Below are positions 9,784 to 18,857 of a DNA stretch of 64,000 nucleotides, one piece after another. The position numbers and the translations under genes were made by a program. The stretch comes from Bdellovibrionota bacterium (GTDB lineage Bacteria; Bdellovibrionota_C; UBA2361; CAKMMH01). Each line of letters starts with the position of its first letter. Position 1 is the first letter of the stretch. The stretch covers positions 32,001 to 96,000 of the forward strand of contig JBMNLI010000012.1 in the NCBI GenBank assembly GCA_050952645.1, written 5' to 3'. Under the pieces are notes generated by a model, which ran no database searches, was not told the origin of the DNA, and saw only the letters and a program-made list of their open reading frames with translations.

Positions 9784-10443
9784 ATGGAAGAGAAATTTTC
9801 TAAAAATAACAATTTAAATGGTAAGAATGGCGAAAATGTGGGTGATGGTAATGTAGGTGATAATGTAGGTGAAAATAAAGACCTTTCACTAGAGTTATCT
9901 GAAACATCTTTTCAAGCATCTTTGCAGTCATCTTTGCAAGCATCATTAGAGAAGCAAGATGCTTTAGAAGGAGGCTTTGCTACTTGCTCGTCTTTCCATG
10001 GCAATTTTACTCATGCGATAGACTCAAAATTTCGTGTAAATTTACCTGCTGAATATAGGAGAGTTCTTTTAAGTTCTAATCAAACTAGCGTGGTAATTAC
10101 TAACTACGTTAGTGAAGGGGCAAAATGTTTAGAGGGGTTTTCTTTGTCTTCTTGGATAGAGTTTGAAAATAAATTACGTTCAAAAAGTAGGTTTGACGCA
10201 AAGCTCCAAAGATTAGAAAACTTTTATTTAAGTAGGGCGTGTGAGTGCCAAATAGATAAAAGTGGAAGAATTTTACTTCCTGAGTATTTAAGAGTTTATG
10301 CTGGGCTTTCTAAAGATGTAACTTTTACATCTTCGATACATGGCTTTCGTATATGGGATAGTAGGGTTTGGGAATACGTATTTAAAGAGGCTGAAAAGGC
10401 TCTGCTTGCCGATCCTAACCTTTTTGCTGAGATCGATATTTAA
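9784..10443 (+). CDS. mraZ: Transcriptional regulator MraZ with low-complexity N-terminal extension
   Basis: FHGNFTHAIDSKFRVNLPAEYR and IDKSGRILLP motifs; heads the dcw cluster. Confidence 0.9.
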   Translation: MEEKFSKNNNLNGKNGENVGDGNVGDNVGENKDLSLELSETSFQASLQSSLQASLEKQDALEGGFATCSSFHGNFTHAIDSKFRVNLPAEYRRVLLSSNQTSVVITNYVSEGAKCLEGFSLSSWIEFENKLRSKSRFDAKLQRLENFYLSRACECQIDKSGRILLPEYLRVYAGLSKDVTFTSSIHGFRIWDSRVWEYVFKEAEKALLADPNLFAEIDI

Positions 10444-10522
10444 ATATAGAATTTGCGTTTTTTTCATATGCTTTCTATGTATTTTTTTAGGGTATTCTTT
10501 TAACTTAGGCTAGTTGTAGCAA

Positions 10523-11446
10523 ATGATGTTAGAAAAAACTACTCATATATCGGTAATGAAAAAAGAAGCCACTAAATACTTAGGAGCTAAAGAAGGTGGT
10601 GTTTTTTTAGATTGCACACTAGGCGGTGGGGGGCATACTAAAGCGCTACTTGATGCTAATAAAAACAACATTGTTTACGCAATAGATAGAGATATAAACG
10701 CAATAGAAAGAGCAAGAAAGTTTTTAAAAGATTATAAAGACAGATTATTTCTTTATAATTTTGAATTTTCTAAAGCCGATAGTGATGTTTTTAATGGCAT
10801 TAAGTTTGATGGGATTTTAGCAGATTTAGGACTTTCAACAGATCAACTAAAGGAAGATAGAGGGTTTTCTTTTAATGATGAAAGTTTCCTTGATATGAGA
10901 ATGGACAAAGAGGCTAAGCTTACTGCAAATGAAATAGTTAACGAAACTGAAAGTAAAGAGCTTTTTCGCATTTTAAAAGAAGGTGGCGTTGGAAAAGAGG
11001 CTAGTAGTATCGTAAACGTTATATTAAAAAATAGACCGATTGAGACGTCTAAAGAGCTTGCAGATATTATAAAGTCGGTTTCTTATAAATTTTTTAAAGG
11101 AAAGAAAGTCCATCCTGCAACGGTTGTGTTTCAAGCTATAAGGATAGCGGTAAATAATGAGTTTGAAGAAATAAAAAAACTCTTAAGCAACGTTCCAGAT
11201 ATGGCTAAAGCGAAAACTAGGCTAGTAGTTATAAGTTTTCATTCTCTAGAAGATAAGATAGTCGCTTCTACTATGAGACGTTGGCAAAAAGGAGAAAATG
11301 ATAACTTATCACTTATTCCGATTAAGGAAACGGCAAAAGGGTTAGGAAAGCTTATTACTAAAAAATCATTAGTGCCAAGCGATGAAGAGGTTTTAAAAAA
11401 CCCTGCATCGAGAAGTTCTTTAATGAGAGTTTTTGAGTTTTATTAA
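10523..11446 (+). CDS. rsmH: 16S rRNA m4C1402 methyltransferase
   Basis: DCTLGGGGH, ADLGLS, LDMRMD, HPATVVFQAIRIAVNNE, ISFHSLED, NPASRS. Confidence 0.95.
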   Translation: MMLEKTTHISVMKKEATKYLGAKEGGVFLDCTLGGGGHTKALLDANKNNIVYAIDRDINAIERARKFLKDYKDRLFLYNFEFSKADSDVFNGIKFDGILADLGLSTDQLKEDRGFSFNDESFLDMRMDKEAKLTANEIVNETESKELFRILKEGGVGKEASSIVNVILKNRPIETSKELADIIKSVSYKFFKGKKVHPATVVFQAIRIAVNNEFEEIKKLLSNVPDMAKAKTRLVVISFHSLEDKIVASTMRRWQKGENDNLSLIPIKETAKGLGKLITKKSLVPSDEEVLKNPASRSSLMRVFEFY

Positions 11447-11529
11447 ATTTTTTTAGTTAGTTTAAAAAATTTTTAAAGTTAAAAATTTTAAGTTTATTAA
11501 ATTGTAAGTTTGTAGTTTAGGAGGAGTAA

Positions 11530-11844
11530 ATGGCTGTTTGTCTTGATTATCAATCTGTTTACGTTAAAAGAGAAAAAGTAGTTGGCAATAAACTTTTAAT
11601 ATGTGCAGTTTTGTTATTGATGTCTGTGCTAATTTTTCGTGTGTGGATAAGAGCCGAAAAAGTAGCGTTAGGATACCAAATCGCAGAAGCACAAAATAAG
11701 ACTAAGGAATATAGCACTATAAAAAAAGACTTAGCAACGCAACTTTCAGTACTTAAAAGATACGATAATTTAATGGGATTAGCGCAAACGAGACTTAATT
11801 TTAATATAGAAGCTCATCCGCAAGTTTTTACAGTAGAGTATTAA
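11530..11844 (+). CDS. ftsL: Cell division protein FtsL-like
   Basis: TM helix plus coiled coil; lies between rsmH and ftsI; GGAGG RBS. Confidence 0.7.
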   Translation: MAVCLDYQSVYVKREKVVGNKLLICAVLLLMSVLIFRVWIRAEKVALGYQIAEAQNKTKEYSTIKKDLATQLSVLKRYDNLMGLAQTRLNFNIEAHPQVFTVEY

Positions 11845-12094
11845 GATATTAAAAATATATTAGACGGCTTAGTGATATTAAACTTAGTGATATTAAAAAG
11901 TCCAAAGATTATAAGAGAAAGGGGGATTTTTTAAAAACTTTAAAGCAAGCATTAAGGAAGAGTTATTAAGGAAAGAGTTTAGATAAAAACATTAAGATAA
12001 AAATATTAAGTTAAAAAAAAATAATAATAAAAAACTTAAGAATAAATAAACTTAAAGAAGCGTATTAAAGTTTTAGGCGGTAAGGTTAAAGGGG

Positions 12095-13837
12095 ATGCTA
12101 TCTAAGAATAATAAGACAAGTGGCATATTTATAAGTAATAATGAAAGTCGTTATAGGGGAAAGGACTTTGAAAAAATTAGAGTAGGGCGTTCTTCTTTAA
12201 TAGTATTTTTTTCTATTATCTGGTTTTTTGCTCTCATTATAAGATTATACTACATTCAAATTTTAGATATCTATCATTTACAAGATAAAGGAGAAAATCA
12301 GCATTACAAATCTATAACTATAATGTCTGAGCGTGGCACAATTTTCGATCGCTTCCAAAAACCTATGGCAGTTTCGATAGAAGCTCCGTCGGTTTTCGTT
12401 CATCCTCATAAACTTAAAAATAAGAAAGAGGCTAGCAAAGTTTTAGCTAAAATATTATCTATGGACGAAGAAGAGATTTTAAACAAACTCGATACGAAGT
12501 CGCCTTTTGTTTGGATAAAAAGGCAGTCTTCAAGAAACGAAGCAGAAAAAATACTACAATTAAAAGATGAAGCGATTGGTGTGCAAAGAGAATTTAAAAG
12601 AATATACCCTTACTCTAGAGCTGCAAGCACTTTAATCGGAAAGGTTGGAACCGATGGTTATGGACTTTCAGGTCTAGAAGCAGTTTTTGATAAAAAGCTA
12701 AGAGGCACTTCTATAAAAGAAGTTATAGAAAAAGATGCTTTAGGAAAAACTATAAAATCAAAAGATGCAAGTTTGTTTGTAGTTCCTAAGGGAGAAGATA
12801 TAAGTATAACTATCGATGCAGATTTACAATTGATAGTAGATGAAGAAGTGCAGAATGCAAAAGAAGATTTAAATGCAAAAGCAGTTATTGCAACGATGAT
12901 CGATGCATACACGGGGGATATTTTGGCAATGAGTCAAAGTTCTAGTATAAATTTTAATGTTGATTCTATTAGCTCAAATAAGGATTTAAAAAATTTAGTA
13001 ATAGAAACCGTTTTCGAGCCTGGGTCTATATTTAAGCCCATAGTTGCAGCTATCGCTTACGATTTAGGTTATGTTAAAGAGGATGAAATGTTCGATTGTG
13101 AAAATGGTAAATATTATTATGGAGGAAAAATCATAAAAGATGCGCACCCATCTGGAGTGCTTTCTTTTAGAGATGTAGTTATAAAATCTTCAAATATTGG
13201 TATGGTAAAGATAGGTGATAGGCTAGGCAAAGAGAAGCTTTATAAAGCACTGTCGGTTTTTGGAATAGGTAAGCTTGTAGATTTAGATTTTTCTGGGCAG
13301 ACTGCAGGTATTTTTCGCAATTATAAAAATTGGGCAAAAGTAGATGTTGCCACGCATTCGTTCGGGCAAGGGGTTGCCGTAACGTCTCTTCAAATACTTA
13401 GAGCTATCGCTCCGTTTGTTAATGGGGGATATTTACCAACTCTTCGCTTGTTAAAGTCTAAGCCTATAAAAAAAGAAAAAATTATTAAAGATAAGACTGC
13501 AAACTTTATAAAAGGTGTTCTTATAGATGTAGTTAATGCTTCTTATGGAACTGGTAAAAGAGCGAGAATAGAGAATTTTGTAGTAGGCGGTAAAACTGGA
13601 ACGGCACAAAAAGCTAAAAAGGACGGGAGAGGCTATGAAGAAGGAAAATATATAGCATCTTTCGTTGGGTTTTTAGACACTACAGATTTAAATATTCCTG
13701 TAATGCCACTTCTTATAGTAAATGTAGATGAGGCAAACGCTGATAGTATTTATGGTGGTGCATTAGCAGCCCCAGTGTTTAAAAAAATTATGGGAAGAAG
13801 TATTGTGAATTTACAAAAAAGAGTGTTGTTAAATTAG
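12095..13837 (+). CDS. ftsI: Penicillin-binding protein 3
   Basis: RGTIFDR, FEPGSIFK (SxxK), SSN, KTGTAQK. Confidence 0.92.
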   Translation: MLSKNNKTSGIFISNNESRYRGKDFEKIRVGRSSLIVFFSIIWFFALIIRLYYIQILDIYHLQDKGENQHYKSITIMSERGTIFDRFQKPMAVSIEAPSVFVHPHKLKNKKEASKVLAKILSMDEEEILNKLDTKSPFVWIKRQSSRNEAEKILQLKDEAIGVQREFKRIYPYSRAASTLIGKVGTDGYGLSGLEAVFDKKLRGTSIKEVIEKDALGKTIKSKDASLFVVPKGEDISITIDADLQLIVDEEVQNAKEDLNAKAVIATMIDAYTGDILAMSQSSSINFNVDSISSNKDLKNLVIETVFEPGSIFKPIVAAIAYDLGYVKEDEMFDCENGKYYYGGKIIKDAHPSGVLSFRDVVIKSSNIGMVKIGDRLGKEKLYKALSVFGIGKLVDLDFSGQTAGIFRNYKNWAKVDVATHSFGQGVAVTSLQILRAIAPFVNGGYLPTLRLLKSKPIKKEKIIKDKTANFIKGVLIDVVNASYGTGKRARIENFVVGGKTGTAQKAKKDGRGYEEGKYIASFVGFLDTTDLNIPVMPLLIVNVDEANADSIYGGALAAPVFKKIMGRSIVNLQKRVLLN

Positions 13838-13880
13838 TTTTAAAGAAAGATTTTTTAAATTTTAAAAAAGGTAAGTAGTA

Positions 13881-15362
13881 ATGAGTCAGCCAATTATGAT
13901 TAAAGAAATTGCAGAAGCCATTAATGGAAAGCTCGTAAATTATAGTGAAAATTTGCGAATAGATTACGTGAGTATGTCTAGTCAGCAAATAAAAGACAGC
14001 ACGCTGTTTGTTGCAATTAGAGGCTTTAGTGTTGATGGTCATAATTTTATAGATGATGCTTTTAAAAAAGGTGCTATTGCAGTAGTTTGCGAAGATGAAA
14101 GTTATTTGCATGGAAGAGTAGGGATAGTAGTAGAAAATGCTAGATATGCGTTTTCAAAGATAGCTTGTATGCATCACGGGAATCCATCATCTAGGATGTT
14201 TTTAGAGGGCGTCACTGGAACTAATGGAAAGACTACGGTTAATTGGATATTATACCATCTATATACGCTACTTAATGAGAAAGCGTTAAGGCTTGGAACT
14301 CTTGGTGCATATTCTGAAGGGTTTATAAATAAGGAGTTTGCAACGGGTATGCCCGACTCTTTAACTATACAAGGGCTCTTTGAAGATTTCGTAAATGCTA
14401 ACGGAAGTTATGGAGTGCTTGAATATACCTCTCAAGGAGGTTCTCAATATAGAGGGGATTTTCTAGAATACGACTCGGCTATTTTTACTAATCTTACGCA
14501 AGATCATTTAGATTACCATGAAACGATTGAAAATTATTTTTTAGCTAAACAAAGATTTTTTGATTTGCTTTTAGAAAGTCCTAAGAAAGATAAGAATGCG
14601 ATAATAAATATCGATTGTCCTTATGGAGAAAGATTATACGATTATTTAAAAGAAAGCGAGCTAACACTATATAGTTATGGAAGTAAAGAGGGGGCAGATA
14701 TTTATATAAAAAGTTTTGAACAAGATATTAAAGGGAGCAAGCTAGTTTTGAGTTTTTATGATGTAGATTATCTTATAGAGTCTAGTTTTATAGGAGAGTT
14801 TAATGCTCATAATATAGCTGCAGCCTTTGGGGCTTTCGTAGCAAGAACTAACGATCCGCATAAGTTTGTAGAAATATTCGAGTTTGTGCCTCCAGTTTTA
14901 GGTAGGTTAGAGCCTGTGTCGAATCCTCATTTTGGTATTTATATAGATTACGCACATACCGACGATGCGCTAAAGAATGTTCTTCAAACGCTAAGAAAAG
15001 TTGTAAGACCTGATGCGAAGCTATGGTGCGTTTTTGGTTGTGGTGGTGATAGAGATAGAACTAAGAGACCGAAGATGGCAAAGGTAGCATGTGAGCTTGC
15101 AGATAAGGTAGTTATGACTATGGATAATCCAAGAACGGAAGATCCTAATCAAATTTTATCTGATATGTTAGATGGTTGTGAAAATCCTGATATAGTAGAG
15201 TTAGATAGAAAGATTGCTATTTATGAAACTTTACATAGAATGCAAGAAGGAGATGTAGTGCTTATTGCGGGTAAAGGGCATGAAAACTACCAGATAATAG
15301 GCACTGAGAAAATTCCTTATTCTGATAAAGAAGCGGTTGAAGAAATTTTAGCTACTATGTAA
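13881..15362 (+). CDS. murE: UDP-MurNAc-tripeptide synthetase (meso-DAP type)
   Basis: GVTGTNGKTT, FTNLTQDHLDYH, DYAHT, FGCGGDRD, DNPR, AGKGHE. Confidence 0.95.
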   Translation: MSQPIMIKEIAEAINGKLVNYSENLRIDYVSMSSQQIKDSTLFVAIRGFSVDGHNFIDDAFKKGAIAVVCEDESYLHGRVGIVVENARYAFSKIACMHHGNPSSRMFLEGVTGTNGKTTVNWILYHLYTLLNEKALRLGTLGAYSEGFINKEFATGMPDSLTIQGLFEDFVNANGSYGVLEYTSQGGSQYRGDFLEYDSAIFTNLTQDHLDYHETIENYFLAKQRFFDLLLESPKKDKNAIINIDCPYGERLYDYLKESELTLYSYGSKEGADIYIKSFEQDIKGSKLVLSFYDVDYLIESSFIGEFNAHNIAAAFGAFVARTNDPHKFVEIFEFVPPVLGRLEPVSNPHFGIYIDYAHTDDALKNVLQTLRKVVRPDAKLWCVFGCGGDRDRTKRPKMAKVACELADKVVMTMDNPRTEDPNQILSDMLDGCENPDIVELDRKIAIYETLHRMQEGDVVLIAGKGHENYQIIGTEKIPYSDKEAVEEILATM

Positions 15363-15475
15363 AGTAATATATGTAAAATATTATACGTAAAATTAAATAA
15401 AATAAGTTAAATAAAAAAAGTTAAATAAAATTAAGTTAAGAAAAAAATTAAACGAATTTAAGGTGTGAAAAAAAT

Positions 15476-16555
15476 ATGTTATACAATTGGCTATATACCT
15501 TTCATCAAGATTATTCATTTTTTAATGTATTTAAGTATCAAAGTTTTAAAGCGATGTCCGCTTTTTTATTCTCATTTTTTCTTGTGCTATTTATCCAGCC
15601 AAGGCTAATAAATTGGTTAAAAAAACAAGGATTAAAAGGACAACCTATAAGAGAAAATGGGCCTAAGTCGCATCAAGCAAAATCTGGCACTCCTACGATG
15701 GGGGGATTGTCTATAATCTTTGCGATAATCGTCTCGATGTTTCTTTTTACAGATATTACGAATTTGTACGTTATTCTTTCGATTTTTGTGCTTATCTCTT
15801 ACGCAATATTAGGTTTTGTAGATGATTGGAGAAAAGTCACGAAACAAAACACTAAGGGAGTTTCAGGAAAGGTAAAGATTTTTTGGCAAGTGTTAATAGC
15901 TACAATCTTTGCAAGCGTTTTAGTTTACAATGGTTTTTCGACTGAATTACATTTCCCATTTTTTAAGCATTTTTATATCGACTTAGGATATTTTTTCATT
16001 CCTTTTGCAGTATTAGTTATAGTTGGAACATCTAATGCGGCAAACCTTACAGATGGTTTAGACGGGCTTGCGATAGGTCCTATAATGACCGTAGCTCTTT
16101 TATACGTTATATTAACTTACATAGCAGGACATAGTGAGCTTGCAAAATACTTATCAGTTTTTTATTTACCACAAGCTGGTGAACTTAGCATTCTTCTTAC
16201 CTCTCTTATAGCTACTGGGTTAGGTTTCCTATGGTATAATACTTTCCCTGCAACAGTTTTTATGGGAGATTTAGGCTCGCTTTCTCTAGGAGCGTTTTTA
16301 GGGGCTATCGCAGTTTTAATAAAGCAAGAGCTTTTATTAGTTATTGCTGCTGGAGTTTTCGTAGTTGAAGCGTTATCAGTGATTATTCAAGTATATTACT
16401 TTAGGCTTAGTGGTGGAAAGAGAGTGTTTAAGATGGCTCCTATTCATCACCATTTTGAGTTAAAGGGGCTTTCTGAACCTAAGCTTATAGTTAGATTTTG
16501 GATAGTCTCAATACTGCTTGCAGTTATTTCGCTAGCAACATTAAAATTAAGGTAA
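15476..16555 (+). CDS. mraY: Phospho-MurNAc-pentapeptide transferase
   Basis: KSGTPTMGG, NLTDGLDGLA, VFMGDLGSL, MAPIHHHFE. Confidence 0.97.
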   Translation: MLYNWLYTFHQDYSFFNVFKYQSFKAMSAFLFSFFLVLFIQPRLINWLKKQGLKGQPIRENGPKSHQAKSGTPTMGGLSIIFAIIVSMFLFTDITNLYVILSIFVLISYAILGFVDDWRKVTKQNTKGVSGKVKIFWQVLIATIFASVLVYNGFSTELHFPFFKHFYIDLGYFFIPFAVLVIVGTSNAANLTDGLDGLAIGPIMTVALLYVILTYIAGHSELAKYLSVFYLPQAGELSILLTSLIATGLGFLWYNTFPATVFMGDLGSLSLGAFLGAIAVLIKQELLLVIAAGVFVVEALSVIIQVYYFRLSGGKRVFKMAPIHHHFELKGLSEPKLIVRFWIVSILLAVISLATLKLR

Positions 16556-16635
16556 AAGTCGATCTTCTTTTGGGCTTCGTCGAGGTGAGTGATACTAATT
16601 TTAAGGTCTAAAATCCATTTAAAACGTAAAGAGCC
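16555..16635 (+). mobile_element. Right-hand fragment of the MITE
   Basis: 81 nt colinear with 57431-57511, ending aaaacgtaaagagcc. Confidence 0.75.
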
Positions 16636-16705
16636 AAGAATTTATAAAACAAATAATTTATGAAACAAAGAATTTATGAAACAAAGAATTTATGAAACAA
16701 AGAAT
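16636..16705 (+). repeat. 16-bp tandem repeat spanning the ftsW start codon
   Basis: aagaatttatgaaaca-type unit, about 4 copies. Confidence 0.85.
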
Positions 16706-17820
16706 AAGTTATAGAGATAAAAATTTAAAAACGCCTTTTTTGTTAGAGCCTGCTATCGTTATATTAGTAATGGTTTTAAGCTTCTTTGGCTTAATTATGA
16801 TTTATTCTACAAAGTCTGTAACTGATAGTGAGAATTTATATTTTTTTAAGCAACTAAATGCTGTGATAGTTGGCATTGTATTGATGTTTCTAGTGTCGAG
16901 AGTGAAGATTAGATTTTTATATAAAATTTCTAAATCTATGCTTCCTCTTTTAATAATTTTTATGCTCTTACCGCTAATCCCAGGAATTGGAAGTGATGCT
17001 GGAGGGGCTCAGCGCTGGGCAAAGATAGGTTTTTTTAGATTTCAGCCAGGGGAGTTTGTAAAAATATTTTTTATCATATACTTAGCTGGTTATTATGCTA
17101 GACATGAAGATAAGATAGAAGAATTTTTAGGAGGGTTAATAAATCCGCTTTTACTAATTTCGCTAGTTGGAGGACTGTTTTTACTACAGCCAGATTTAGG
17201 AAGTGCTATAATAGTAGTAGGAGCTAGCCTTACAGTGGCATTTGCAGTAGGGGGTTTCTTTAAGGTATTTTTTGTTAGGTGCCATATTGTTTGGTGTAGC
17301 AGGAGTTTTTGCTATTATTTCTGCTCCTTATAGAATGAAAAGAATTGAGGCTTTTTTTCATCCTTTTGAAGATACATCGGGGAAAGCTTACCAGTTAGTG
17401 CAATCTCTTATAACTATCGCTGGTGGTGGATTTAGTGGAGTTGGCTTAGGAAACAGTCAGCAGAAATTACATTTTTTACCAGCTTCGCATACAGATTTTA
17501 TATTTGCGGTAGTAGCGGAAGAGTTAGGTTTTTTAGGTGCTATAACGCTAATGACGTTATTTATATGTTTATTTTATCAATGTATGAAAATTGTAAGAAA
17601 AACTACTCATGATACGTTTGCATATTCGCTATCTATCGGCTTAACGTCGTTAATTTTTATTCCTGCCTTTTTTAATTTTGGTGTAGTTACGGGAATGCTA
17701 CCTACTAAAGGGCTAGTGCTACCTTTTATAGGCTACGGTGGGTCTAATATAATAGCTACCTTTTTAATAGTAGGCTTGTTATTAGCCATAGTTAGAGGCG
17801 TATATAAAAGAGAGATATAG
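16692..17820 (+). CDS. ftsW: FtsW, split by one extra G in a G5 run (17250-17254); probable assembly error
   Basis: GAQRW, FQPGEFVK, LQPDLG in the first ORF; HTDFIFAVVAEELG, PTKGLVLPFIGYGGS in the second; removing one G fuses them. Confidence 0.9.
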
Positions 17821-17910
17821 AGATATAAAAAAGAAATATAGCGTAATGCTACTTCTCTGTGTAGGGAGGATATATCTTTTAAGTTCTTATTTTCTTTTTT
17901 GTTTTTTTAT

Positions 17911-18810
17911 TTATCTTTCTTTTACGAAATCTTTTATTAAATCTTTCGCTTTAGTTTCTTTAAAATCGTTAAATAAATTTTTAGAAATCTCAAAATCCCA
18001 AGGCATATTAGAAACTTTTACAATATATTTATCATCGATTTTCTTAAAACTTAATGTGATAAGCGTTTCAGTTTCTTTTAATACATCTATTTTAAAATCA
18101 GGGGCATCTAGTTTTATTTTATCGACGCTTAGTATATCTAAAAATTTTAAAGAGAATAATTTATTTAAAAGAAAATCCATTTTTTCTTCATCTATAACTT
18201 TTTTATCTTCTAATTTATCAATCGTAAATTTTTCTCCATCTTTAATAATAGAAAACGAGTTAAAAGATACTTTCGTAACTAATTCTTTTGAAAAACCTAA
18301 GAAATCTTTTTGATACCACGAGGTTACATCTACTCCTAAATCAAACTTTGATAAATTAGCTACAAAGCTATCTTTACTATTTTTATTTCTTATATAGACT
18401 TTTTTAAATTCTGGAGTATCGCCTAAATAAAGAGTATCTAGTTTTTCATTTTCAAATAAAGCAATTTCTTCTACGTGTTTCTTTTCAGTTAGCTTAAATT
18501 TTTCTAATGCATTTTCACTAGTTCCAACTCGTCTGATTTCATGCGTATTAAAAACGGCATTTAGAATATTGCTAACTTTTTCTTGAGAAGCTGGAAATTT
18601 AAACTTATCTTTTAAAAGCCAAATATCGTTTTCTTTTATAAGTTCTAATTTTTCTTTATCTTCCTTAAGTATTATTTTAGTAATATTTTCTTTTTTTAAG
18701 TGTGATAGAGCGTGTTTATCTTTAACGTTTTTACTAGTTGGGTATGTTAAAAAAATAAGTAGCACTATTTGTAAAAGTAATGTAATTTTTAAAAATTTTT
18801 CTAAATTCAT
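17911..18810 (-). CDS. DUF4340-like accessory protein of a Gld-type ABC transporter
   Basis: N-terminal TM, W...FPA...KVSNIL, LYLGDTP; follows gldG-like gene. Confidence 0.7.
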   Translation of the reverse strand: MNLEKFLKITLLLQIVLLIFLTYPTSKNVKDKHALSHLKKENITKIILKEDKEKLELIKENDIWLLKDKFKFPASQEKVSNILNAVFNTHEIRRVGTSENALEKFKLTEKKHVEEIALFENEKLDTLYLGDTPEFKKVYIRNKNSKDSFVANLSKFDLGVDVTSWYQKDFLGFSKELVTKVSFNSFSIIKDGEKFTIDKLEDKKVIDEEKMDFLLNKLFSLKFLDILSVDKIKLDAPDFKIDVLKETETLITLSFKKIDDKYIVKVSNMPWDFEISKNLFNDFKETKAKDLIKDFVKER

Positions 18811-18857
18811 TTATAATTTCTCCTTGTTTTTTTATTTTATATATTTTTTCTCAACTA

